Shown: one piece after another, positions 50,747 to 59,873 of the stretch
How positions within the stretch are numbered: position 1 is the first letter of the stretch
Layout: each line of letters starts with the position of its first letter
DNA from: a virus
DNA length: 64,000 nt
IMG/VR virus record: IMGVR_UViG_3300021401_000004
Coordinates: 1 to 64,000 of that record
Reading direction: 5' to 3' (one strand)
The notes under the pieces: model-generated
Database searches by the model: none
What the model saw: the letters and a program-made list of their open reading frames with translations, nothing else
What the model was told of the DNA's origin: nothing
Made by a program: the position numbers and the translations under genes

Positions 50747-51646
50747 ATGGCGTCTACGAAAACAATTCTCGCGAGCATGGAGTGGGCGAAGCGTTTCTGC
50801 TTCAACCGCCATCTTTCCATCGGCGGTTTCAAGGAACCCACGATTACTTCGGCCAACACCGTCTTGCAGACAATCTTGGGAAAGCCCTTCCGCTGGCAAT
50901 TTAATCGGGCGATTACGGGCTTTTTCGCCACACCCGGAACCCAAGATTATCTTCTTCTCTACTCGTGGCCCGCGAGTCAAACATTGTCTGCGGGCGTCCA
51001 ACTTATCGACAGCAACGGAAACTCGCAAGTCGTCACAGTTGCGGGCACTACGAACGCCACGATCCCCGGATGGAATATCACCAAGGGCGGAACAACTACG
51101 GATAACGGAGTGACTTGGACGAACCAAGGCCCGATTCCGAATGCGGTTTCGAGCTTCAGTTTTGGCTGGATTGAGAATGCGAGCGTCCAAGACCCGGTGT
51201 CCAGTAAATGGGTTCAGATTTCAAACAAAGTCGATCTCGCGCTGGATGCCGCTACGAGCCGCCCGCAGAATATTGCCGCTGAACTTCCGGGCAGCCTCGG
51301 CGTTTTGTTCAGGCTTATGCCCGTGCCTGACAAGGCGTATCCCGTAGCAATTACGCTGCAACAGGAAGCGCCAACAGTTTCTAGTTTGGCCCAGACGTGG
51401 GCACCGTTGCCCGATAGTTTTGGATACGTCTATCAACTCGGGTTTCTGAGCTTCGCTTACGAGTTTAGCGACGATTCAAGATGGGCCCCAACCCGCCAGA
51501 AATTTATTGCGGGCTTGCTAGGCGCGGCGGAAGGTTTGACCGCCACCGAAATTGACATCTTTTTGACTAACTTCAACGCGATTTCGCTCGATCCTATCGG
51601 GCGTCAGATGGCGTTGAATCAGGGGATGCAGCATCGGCAGATTTAA
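50747..51646 (+). CDS. Putative head-tail adaptor (paralogue)
   Basis: WQFNR..TQDY..WIE, LMPVPDKAY, LPD. Confidence 0.55.
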   Translation: MASTKTILASMEWAKRFCFNRHLSIGGFKEPTITSANTVLQTILGKPFRWQFNRAITGFFATPGTQDYLLLYSWPASQTLSAGVQLIDSNGNSQVVTVAGTTNATIPGWNITKGGTTTDNGVTWTNQGPIPNAVSSFSFGWIENASVQDPVSSKWVQISNKVDLALDAATSRPQNIAAELPGSLGVLFRLMPVPDKAYPVAITLQQEAPTVSSLAQTWAPLPDSFGYVYQLGFLSFAYEFSDDSRWAPTRQKFIAGLLGAAEGLTATEIDIFLTNFNAISLDPIGRQMALNQGMQHRQI

Positions 51647-51867
51647 TAATAATCGAGGGGGTCTTCCTCGCGAATTATTCCGCGTATTTCTAGACTTTGC
51701 ATTTCGTTGAATTCTAGGCGGTGCCCGAAGTGCTTCCACAGAAATTCTTTCAGCAGAGTTTCGGGCTCTCCCGAATAGAAGCAAAACGACGAACTGCTGC
51801 GCGAACTTTGCCCGATCCAAACTGAACTTTTACATTTGTGGCAGGCTAATTCGTAGGTATCGCTCAT
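51643..51867 (-). CDS. Small Zn-binding inserted gene
   Basis: CHKC..H..H; has its own promoter; leaderless ATG. Confidence 0.7.
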   Translation of the reverse strand: MSDTYELACHKCKSSVWIGQSSRSSSSFCFYSGEPETLLKEFLWKHFGHRLEFNEMQSLEIRGIIREEDPLDYY

Positions 51868-51873
51868 TCCCAA

Positions 51874-51902
51874 ATTATACGGAAAACGGACAGGATTGTC
51901 AA
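51874..51902 (-). promoter_or_regulatory. Consensus sigma70 promoter with 13-bp motif in the spacer
   Basis: TTGACA-atcctgtccgttttccg-TATAAT. Confidence 0.9.
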
Positions 51903-51905
51903 TAG

Positions 51906-54900
51906 ATGGCAGGAAGCCTACAATTATCGGGCGGGTCCCCTAGCAACAAGCAGCCACGCTACGCCCCGCTGTTTCAAGGCCGCTGGGTAGTGGGCTTGGT
52001 TTCTCAGCGGTCGCCTCTGCGAAGCTCGGCCAGCGCCTACGTAGAGCGATATATTGGCGGGCAATCCGACGCTCTGATCGACGGTTCGAATTGCGAGATT
52101 ACCCCCAAACTCACGCTTGCCCGAAGGCCCGGAAACTCAGTTTACAACTCGAATATTTTTACCGCGATTGACGCTTTCTACGCCTTCCGGATGTTCGGGC
52201 CTACGAATGAAGATATCCAGGTTCTCGCGGACACGGCTACAAATGTCTACGATGTCTCGAACAACCAGAAGATTTCAATTTTCACGAAATCTCCGGGCAG
52301 CGGGCAAACTTTCTTTCAGTCGGTCGGCAACACGCTGTTTTTCGGCGACGGAATAGACCAGAAGAAGTACGTTCAAAGTCTGTTTACCCGCACTAATAGT
52401 TCTGCGGGCCTACCGAATATCGGGGATAACGTAACGTTGTCCGCCGCATCGACTCCGTTTATCTCGACGTACCTGATCGACACGAACGGGAATATCGAGG
52501 AATTACTGGCGACCGCCGTTACCACGGTTTCAAACGTTGCGTACGTGGAATCCACGAACACGTTGACTTTGACCGTTGGATCGACTGCGGGCATTACAGT
52601 TGGAGACAATTACGTTGTTTGGAACTTCACGAACGCGACTTGGTTGAACGGCGTTACTTGGGAAGTTTTAACTGCGGGCGGATCGACCGTAACCGCGAAG
52701 CTCTTGAATACCCTGCACGTAGATTACGCTTCTGCGTCGGATACGGGCAACGTTACGGATGCCCAAGGCGGGGTTCCAGTTACGGGCGGCAGCGTCCCTT
52801 CGTGGAATACTCAAGTCCCGAGTTCAGCAAATGACTTCCAAGGCGGGATTACAATTGACGGTACGGCGGTTTGGATTAATCGCGGACTCCCGATTGAAAA
52901 TTGGGGGATTGCGGCGGGCACGACTTCCCCGAATGTCGTCGTCGGAACCTCGACTTCCGCGTGGAAAGCCACGACTTTCTTCTCATTGTCGGGCGCGGTT
53001 GTTGATACGCAGTTTGCTGGGCAGACAAATATCTGGCAAGTTACGGTTGCGGGGAAATCAGGATTCTCCAATCCGTTTACGAGCAACCCGGTTTCAGGCA
53101 CGACTACGGTTATTGACGGTGGGGCGACTTGGAAATGTGTTGCCAGCACTTTTTCGGGCGACTCTTCCTGGTCCGCGAGCACGACCTTCGCCGCCGACCA
53201 TCTTATCGTAGCCAACGCTTCGGGCACCCCGAGTTTATTTCAACTTCAGCCCAATCCTTTTCCGGTTTATAAACTGGTTGCGGGCGTGTACGTAACCGCA
53301 AATTTCTACCCGCATAACGGTGCGTTTTCCGGGCAATGTGAACTCCGGAACCCCGTAGACGGGACGAACAATCCCGGCGTTGCTCCATACACTCTCCAAG
53401 CGACCGCTAACGGGAGCAGCGTTTTATTCAACCCCCCGCAACAGAATAACGCCGGACATACTTCGCCGTTGCAGTGGGCGACTTTGGACGCTGCCGGGGA
53501 TATCACGGGCTTTACGACACCGTATGCCGGGGCTACGCCCGGAAATTACACGCTTTCGACGTTCGGGACTTTAACGATCCCAACTGCCGGACAGTATTCG
53601 TTTACGATATTTCACGATGATGGAATGTTCTGGGGCATTGGGCCCTCGGGTACGAACCAGCCAACAAGAATCTCGGGGCCGACAAACTGCCCGGCACCTA
53701 ACGCGACATTGACCGCGCTCCAAAGCTACCCAGTTATGGGCGCGAATAACGTCTCTGGGCAATTTCAGGATGTTTTCGTTATTAATTTCCCGGCAGCCGG
53801 AGATTACCCGTTCGAAATTGATTTCGCGAAATCGTCGAGCACGGGTCAGTTTCTTGATCTGTATTGTAACGGGCAGACTCCGATTCCGGGCACGCCCGAA
53901 ACGGGGACTACGCAACCGATTTGGCCCGCTTTTTCAACCGCTTTCGCCCCTAATTACGCAACCGTTTCGGAGATGAACAGCGCCGGAATCGGCGTCCTCG
54001 GGCCCGGATCGTTTTCGGGCGGCAGTGGACCCGGACCTCTGAGTTGGGCGAACCTCGGCCCGATCACGGATTCCGTGTGGACGGCTTCGGTGAACTACAC
54101 GTTGCCAGACACGACAATTACCGACCCGAATAACAACACTGAAGGCCCGTTCCGGGCGGGTGTATCGGGAACCACGACTCCGACTTTCGCCACGGGCATC
54201 AATCAGCTTACGCTCGACAACCCGAATCTGATCTGGATCAATCTTGGTCCGGCTTCGGCCCCCGCGCCTGGAACTATTTCAGCATTCAACGGCGGATTTA
54301 TATACTACGTTGCTTTGGTGAATTCCGCAACTGATACGGTTTCAAACGCATCCCCGGCAAGCGCGGTTACGGGAAACTTTATTGGGGCTGCGGGCGTTCA
54401 AGTAACTGGCGGGCTTCCGCCTATAGCAAGTATTGACCCGCAATCGGATTACGTAGCCATTTTCCGTACAACGGACGGTCTTGCCGTTCCGTTCCTGATT
54501 CCGGGCACTACGAACGCTATCTGGACGGTTCCGCTGCCCGATTACCTCGTCAACGGGTATTTTGACGACACTCCCGATACGGGCTTGAATAACCTGATTG
54601 AAGGCCCGATTGAAGGCGAAAACACTCCGCCAGCTTTGGGAGCCGTCAACCTCACGCTGTATCTCCAGCGAATATTCTACAGTATCGGGAACACCGTGTT
54701 TTACACGTCGGGACCAGATGCGCCCGTGGGCAATGGATTTGAGGGAACCGCGCCCGATAATTTCCAAGAACTTCAGTCCAGAGTAACCCGGCTAGTCCCG
54801 ACAATTGTTGGGCTATTTATATTCACGGTCTCGGATATTTATCTGATCGCGAATACGGGCGGAACAATTCCTCAGGCGGTTACTTACGCCCAAGGTCTGG

Positions 54901-55676
54901 GGCTTCTGAATTACAACGCCTTGGATGTTTTCGGGTCGAGCGTCGGGTTCTTTGCTTCCGACTCGACGTTTAATACTTTGGACATTTCCTCGGGGCCCTC
55001 GGAAACCGGATTCAATATCGGGAATCTATTGCAGGTTGCCCCGTGGGACCCGAATACCGCGTACGTTACGTGGCATTCTTCGGGCGAAGACAAAGCATGG
55101 TTCTTGTCTGACGGGACTACGGGTTGGTACAGAATCGGAGTTACCCCGTCGCCCGAGCAGGGCGTGACAGTTTCTCCGTTCGCAACTATCGTCAACGGGG
55201 CGCAAGCCGTCCAGTCAATTGAGACTTCTCCGGGCGTCCATCAGTTGCTCGTAGGCCCCGCAACTTCCGGCCCAATTCTTGCCCGAAATTTAACAGAGTT
55301 TCAGGACGGCGGAAACAACTACCCGTGGTACGCGACGGTTGGAAGCATAGTCTTGGTAAATCCCGGACAACTCGCTGAAGTCGCGTTCATCACCACGGAA
55401 GCAAACGCTATCGGGTCTCGCCCGAGCGTAAGCGTAATCTTGGATGAAGCGTTTCCGACCTACACAGGCCCGTTTGAAAATATTCCAGAATGGGTTGAAG
55501 ACCCTCCGACGCTGCCACAGTCTACCTCGATTTACGCGCAGCGTTGGTATCTGTCTCTAATGCAGGACCCCGCTGTTTGCAGGCATATGCAGATTCGGGT
55601 TGATCTGCCTGCTGAAAATGAGAAAAATGAATTATGGAATTTCACGGTTTTCGGGGCCATTTTACAAGAAAATTAA
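51906..55676 (+). CDS. Large tail protein (nozzle/stabilisation-like) with PA14 insert
   Basis: LARRPG N-terminus; propeller-like C-terminus; GTLTIPTAGQYSFTIFHDDG PA14 pattern. Confidence 0.65.
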   Translation: MAGSLQLSGGSPSNKQPRYAPLFQGRWVVGLVSQRSPLRSSASAYVERYIGGQSDALIDGSNCEITPKLTLARRPGNSVYNSNIFTAIDAFYAFRMFGPTNEDIQVLADTATNVYDVSNNQKISIFTKSPGSGQTFFQSVGNTLFFGDGIDQKKYVQSLFTRTNSSAGLPNIGDNVTLSAASTPFISTYLIDTNGNIEELLATAVTTVSNVAYVESTNTLTLTVGSTAGITVGDNYVVWNFTNATWLNGVTWEVLTAGGSTVTAKLLNTLHVDYASASDTGNVTDAQGGVPVTGGSVPSWNTQVPSSANDFQGGITIDGTAVWINRGLPIENWGIAAGTTSPNVVVGTSTSAWKATTFFSLSGAVVDTQFAGQTNIWQVTVAGKSGFSNPFTSNPVSGTTTVIDGGATWKCVASTFSGDSSWSASTTFAADHLIVANASGTPSLFQLQPNPFPVYKLVAGVYVTANFYPHNGAFSGQCELRNPVDGTNNPGVAPYTLQATANGSSVLFNPPQQNNAGHTSPLQWATLDAAGDITGFTTPYAGATPGNYTLSTFGTLTIPTAGQYSFTIFHDDGMFWGIGPSGTNQPTRISGPTNCPAPNATLTALQSYPVMGANNVSGQFQDVFVINFPAAGDYPFEIDFAKSSSTGQFLDLYCNGQTPIPGTPETGTTQPIWPAFSTAFAPNYATVSEMNSAGIGVLGPGSFSGGSGPGPLSWANLGPITDSVWTASVNYTLPDTTITDPNNNTEGPFRAGVSGTTTPTFATGINQLTLDNPNLIWINLGPASAPAPGTISAFNGGFIYYVALVNSATDTVSNASPASAVTGNFIGAAGVQVTGGLPPIASIDPQSDYVAIFRTTDGLAVPFLIPGTTNAIWTVPLPDYLVNGYFDDTPDTGLNNLIEGPIEGENTPPALGAVNLTLYLQRIFYSIGNTVFYTSGPDAPVGNGFEGTAPDNFQELQSRVTRLVPTIVGLFIFTVSDIYLIANTGGTIPQAVTYAQGLGLLNYNALDVFGSSVGFFASDSTFNTLDISSGPSETGFNIGNLLQVAPWDPNTAYVTWHSSGEDKAWFLSDGTTGWYRIGVTPSPEQGVTVSPFATIVNGAQAVQSIETSPGVHQLLVGPATSGPILARNLTEFQDGGNNYPWYATVGSIVLVNPGQLAEVAFITTEANAIGSRPSVSVILDEAFPTYTGPFENIPEWVEDPPTLPQSTSIYAQRWYLSLMQDPAVCRHMQIRVDLPAENEKNELWNFTVFGAILQEN

Positions 55677-55688
55677 TACGGAAAACGG

Positions 55689-56378
55689 ATGCCCGATAAT
55701 ATCGCAAGTCATCTCAATATAAACACGCGCGGTTACGCGCCCGTAGCTTCGCCGCCCGCGACTCAGTTGCAAGAGCAACCGTTGATCCCGACCCGAAGTC
55801 CGTTACTTAGATTCTCGGCTCCGAATATTCCAGGATCGTTTCCTTCGTTTGATACCCTTACGGGCTACCATATGGGCGGGAAAATCCCGCAGTGGCGGAT
55901 TCCCACGGTTCCGACACAGACGGGAACGACTAGTAGCTCGACAGCGGCGGCAACGACCGTTATTTCTTCAAGCAGCACGAGCACGAATAACCCGCCGAAG
56001 GCCCAGACCGCCTCGGTTACAACTTCGGTACTGTCTCCTGCGGGACAGTTTACGGGCGTAATCTCGATGGCGAAAGCATTTATCGTCCTGTCGATTTCGG
56101 TCAATTCCGCCGCCCGAGCCCGGTTGTATTCGACGGCAGCCGCCCAGAATGTGGACAAAAGTCGTCCACAAACTCAAGGTCCGGGATTCGGCACCGAGCA
56201 AGGAATTATCGGCGACGTTGTTCTTACGAGCGCCCCGACAGTTTGGTACACGGAAAACATGACGGGCACGAACGGGGATAGCCCGCAATCAACAGCCGCG
56301 TATTTGACCGTGGATAATCTTACGGCTTCGAGCATGGCGGTTAACGTTTCTATCGTGTACGTGCCGCTACAGAGCTAG
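55689..56378 (+). CDS. Putative virion protein
   Basis: 229 aa, S/T-rich. Confidence 0.6.
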   Translation: MPDNIASHLNINTRGYAPVASPPATQLQEQPLIPTRSPLLRFSAPNIPGSFPSFDTLTGYHMGGKIPQWRIPTVPTQTGTTSSSTAAATTVISSSSTSTNNPPKAQTASVTTSVLSPAGQFTGVISMAKAFIVLSISVNSAARARLYSTAAAQNVDKSRPQTQGPGFGTEQGIIGDVVLTSAPTVWYTENMTGTNGDSPQSTAAYLTVDNLTASSMAVNVSIVYVPLQS

Positions 56379-56640
56379 ACAGCAAGTATTTTGCGGGCAC
56401 GTTGAGTACAAAGGAAAACGGATAGACTTCCGCTTTGCTCTCAAAATCAGAAACAAATCGCTCCGCCTTGGCTGGTAGTTTTCGGGTCTCTGTGCCCAGA
56501 TAAAAATACGATCCGATAACTCCTTCCATCGCTCCACGACGAACCACTCTTTTGATGGCTCGGGCGATTGGGCAATTCCACGGATCGCCGTGTTTTCCGA
56601 GTCGGATATCTCGCTGGGTTACCTGAACTGTTATTCTCAT
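56350..56640 (-). CDS. Small inserted hypothetical gene
   Basis: GGAGG RBS; CPIARAI; has its own promoter. Confidence 0.7.
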   Translation of the reverse strand: MRITVQVTQRDIRLGKHGDPWNCPIARAIKRVVRRGAMEGVIGSYFYLGTETRKLPAKAERFVSDFESKAEVYPFSFVLNVPAKYLLSSSVAARTR

Positions 56641-56657
56641 ATTTCCCTCCAAACCAG

Positions 56658-56686
56658 ATAGTACAGAAAACGAACAGGAATGTCAA
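56658..56686 (-). promoter_or_regulatory. sigma70 promoter with 13-bp motif in the spacer
   Basis: TTGACA-ttcctgttcgttttctg-TACTAT. Confidence 0.8.
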
Positions 56687-56687
56687 G

Positions 56688-57059
56688 ATGATTCGCACGT
56701 TAAACGAAAATGATCGCCCGCAAATCGAGGCGTGGATCGCCGCCGAGCCAACCCACGCAAGTAATACATTCGATTGGTATTCCGAGGCGGGGGCAAAATC
56801 CGTTATTTTTGAAGACGCCGAAGGCGCGGTTTTAGTGGCGAAATTTACGCCGTGTTTGAAAATCGATATTGATTTCTTGCCCGAAGCGGAACCCAGACGG
56901 GTAGCCCGCGCACTATCGGAAGGACTTAGCGAGATGGAAAAACAAGCCAAGCAGCAAGGGTTCAAACAGTTTTCGTTCGATTCTGTCTCGGGCAAGTTAC
57001 GGGCGTTCTGCGAAAGGCTCGGGTTTATACCGTCGCCCGAACTTCGAAAGGTCCTATAG
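56688..57059 (+). CDS. GNAT-like protein upstream of the ejection genes
   Basis: MIRTL..D; AFCERLGF. Confidence 0.5.
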   Translation: MIRTLNENDRPQIEAWIAAEPTHASNTFDWYSEAGAKSVIFEDAEGAVLVAKFTPCLKIDIDFLPEAEPRRVARALSEGLSEMEKQAKQQGFKQFSFDSVSGKLRAFCERLGFIPSPELRKVL

Positions 57060-57062
57060 ATT

Positions 57063-57674
57063 ATGTGTGGTGCGTCGAGTAGCGAGAAAAATTTAGCGAG
57101 CGAGCAGACTCAGAACTTCCAGACCTTACAAAACGAGGCTGGACAAGTTTTCGGGCAAAGCTCGCAGATTTTCAATCAGTTGAATTCGGCTTTTTCCCCG
57201 ATTTTAGCCGCAGGTCCGGGGCAACCGGGTTACACGCCCGCAGAACTTTCTAATCTCCAGTCGCAGGCGGTCACGCAAGGCGGAATCGCAACTCGAAACG
57301 CTGAACAAGCCGCGGGCGAGCGGTCTGCTGCGGCGGGCGGGGGCACGGCAGTTCTTCCGAGCGGTGCTACAATGGGTATGGACGCCAATATCGCAGCAGC
57401 CGGGGCGTCAAATACCGCAAATAATCTGGCGCAGATTAATCTTAACAACGCGGCTTTAGGCAGGCAGAATTGGACTCAGGCTGCTGGCGTGCTTGCGGGC
57501 GCTCCGAGCGTATTCGGTGAAGCCAACTCGTTTAACTCTGGTGCCACAGGTTCAGGGCAAGCGGCTTTCGGTAGCGCGAACGCTATTAACCAGCAAAATC
57601 AGGCGTGGCAAGGGCAATTGATGGGAATACTCGGAGATGCAAGCCAGCTCGGGGCGGCGGCGATAAAAGCATAA
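57063..57674 (+). CDS. Putative DNA ejection (internal virion) protein
   Basis: MCG start; A/Q/G-rich; podovirus synteny. Confidence 0.6.
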   Translation: MCGASSSEKNLASEQTQNFQTLQNEAGQVFGQSSQIFNQLNSAFSPILAAGPGQPGYTPAELSNLQSQAVTQGGIATRNAEQAAGERSAAAGGGTAVLPSGATMGMDANIAAAGASNTANNLAQINLNNAALGRQNWTQAAGVLAGAPSVFGEANSFNSGATGSGQAAFGSANAINQQNQAWQGQLMGILGDASQLGAAAIKA

Positions 57675-57677
57675 TCT

Positions 57678-59870
57678 ATGGCAGACGATCAAGTTCAACC
57701 GACAACTTCGGATAGCACGGAAACTCAGGTTACTCCTGCGGAAGTTCAGTCTTCTACGGGCGACCAGCCCAGTCCGCAAAACGGGCAAGCACCGCCCGAT
57801 ACTAGCAACTTACCTGTTAGCGGGCAAACCCCTATTCAGCCTCCGCAACCCGCCGATCCTCGGGATTCTCATCCCGCCGTTCAGCAGGCGGGGATCATGC
57901 GTCGCATAGGAGAAACGATTGCGGGCGGCCCGAGAATCAAAACGACGATTGACCCAAACACGGGCGTAGTCACCCGTGAAAAACAGCCGCTCGACACAAA
58001 GGACATTCTTGTCGGCGCTTTGGCTAACATCCTCGGTGGCTTCGGGCAAGTTGCGAGCAACGCCTCCGCCCGCCAAGCCGGACGGTCGCCCGCGCCCATT
58101 CAGCCTTTACCGACTCAAGTCGCGCAGCAGAAACAGGCCCAGCAGTCGCAAGCTGATTTCGAGCAAGAGCAGCAGACCAAAATCCAGAAGGCAAAAGTCC
58201 TTCAGGCGAACATGGAAGCCATGCGCTCGGCCTACGCTGCGGGCAAAGAAGATGACGAAGCCAAAGACTCGATTGTCTCGAATCACTCGGATGATCTGGA
58301 GAATTGGAAGAACTCGGGCGCAGTTGAAGCCTCGAATATTCCGTCAAACGAATTGATGCAGAAGGGGTTTGACAAGACTAAGTACGTCGCTATCCCCGAC
58401 GGAAAAGTTCCAGTATTCGGGCCTAACGGTCAACGGGCGACCGACAATAACGGCGTTCCGCTGTCTCAGCTTACGTATTCGGTTGTGGACGGCACGACTC
58501 AAACGCCCCTAACGCAAGCAAAGTACAACCAGTTGGCGAAATACGGACTGATGTCGGCGAAGCAGGGGTTTAATTTGCCCGAAGGCGCGACGATTACCTC
58601 GGCATCGCTCGCCTTGATGAACCACAAACTGGACCTGATCCAACAGACGCAGCGGGAACTTGACGATGTTCACGATCAAGTAGGTGGGGATAAAGTCGAT
58701 CTCGCGGAGCAGATCAAGAAGAACCCGCAAGTATTGTCCGCGATTGAGAAGTTCCATAATGATGCTGCGAGCGCCGATCCGAACGATCAGATAAAGTCGA
58801 TCCAGAAGAATCACCCACAGGCTGCGGGCATCATGTCGGAGTTGTTCGGGCAAGAGAATCTTGAGAAATTGTCGAATCAAAAAGCTGCTGATCTCGCGAA
58901 AGCGAAGGAAAAAGGGGTAACGGAAGGCCGCCTTGAAGCTGAAGGTGACAAGATGGATGACAACAAAGCCGCCAGCATCTTGTCCGATCCCAAGTCTACG
59001 CCCCAAGATAAGCAGCGGGCGCAGGATTTCCTGAAAATAAAGGCCAATACCAAGTTTACGGATAAAGAACAGGAAATCAACGCTCAACGGGCGATTGAGG
59101 ACAAAGATTTATCCACGGCGGCTAAAAACATTGTTTCGGGCAATCTCGCGCAAATCCGCGATTTAGTCTCCTTCCGGGGGGATCAGAAAACCCGTGTCTA
59201 TAACATGATCGCGGACGAGGCGAAGGCTCAAGGGAAAGACCCGAAGGATTATTCGCCCGCGAAACTCGAAGCTAAAACTAAAGTTCTTAACGACTTCAGC
59301 GACGGGAAAGCCGCTGACAGTATCGTGTCGTTCAACACGTTCCTCGGGCACGCGAATGACGCTTTGTCTGCTACGGGCGCGATGCGCGGGCAGACGGGCA
59401 GCCCGCTTATCAACCGTCCTCTGAATTGGATCAGAAAGAACGCCGCCAACGACACGAACTTCCAAGCGTTCCAAACCGCTCTCGTTCCTGTACGGAAAGA
59501 GTACATGAGTTTCCTGAACAACAATCGGGCGGAGCACGAAGGCGATATCAAGGTAATGGAAACCGTGCTAAACGACGATTCTACGCCCGCCCAGATCGAA
59601 TCAGCCTTAAAGAAACTCGGAGAAAGCGGCGATATCCGCCTTGCCGAGCTTGGCCGGAAATACTCGAACACGATGGGCGACGAATATCCAAGTCTTCTGG
59701 CTCCCGAAAGCAAACAAGCTTTGCAGAGGATGGGCGTTCAGAGCAGAACTGTTACGAGCACGAAGGACAAGCCCGTTACGCCCCCGAAGCCCGCACAAAA
59801 CTTCGCGGCAACTAGCTCGGATGGAAAATGGGGTTACGACGGCAAGCAATGGGTAGCGACGGGCAAATAA
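57678..59870 (+). CDS. Putative DNA ejection protein
   Basis: 730-aa helical protein ending YDGKQW. Confidence 0.6.
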   Translation: MADDQVQPTTSDSTETQVTPAEVQSSTGDQPSPQNGQAPPDTSNLPVSGQTPIQPPQPADPRDSHPAVQQAGIMRRIGETIAGGPRIKTTIDPNTGVVTREKQPLDTKDILVGALANILGGFGQVASNASARQAGRSPAPIQPLPTQVAQQKQAQQSQADFEQEQQTKIQKAKVLQANMEAMRSAYAAGKEDDEAKDSIVSNHSDDLENWKNSGAVEASNIPSNELMQKGFDKTKYVAIPDGKVPVFGPNGQRATDNNGVPLSQLTYSVVDGTTQTPLTQAKYNQLAKYGLMSAKQGFNLPEGATITSASLALMNHKLDLIQQTQRELDDVHDQVGGDKVDLAEQIKKNPQVLSAIEKFHNDAASADPNDQIKSIQKNHPQAAGIMSELFGQENLEKLSNQKAADLAKAKEKGVTEGRLEAEGDKMDDNKAASILSDPKSTPQDKQRAQDFLKIKANTKFTDKEQEINAQRAIEDKDLSTAAKNIVSGNLAQIRDLVSFRGDQKTRVYNMIADEAKAQGKDPKDYSPAKLEAKTKVLNDFSDGKAADSIVSFNTFLGHANDALSATGAMRGQTGSPLINRPLNWIRKNAANDTNFQAFQTALVPVRKEYMSFLNNNRAEHEGDIKVMETVLNDDSTPAQIESALKKLGESGDIRLAELGRKYSNTMGDEYPSLLAPESKQALQRMGVQSRTVTSTKDKPVTPPKPAQNFAATSSDGKWGYDGKQWVATGK

Positions 59871-59873
59871 AAT

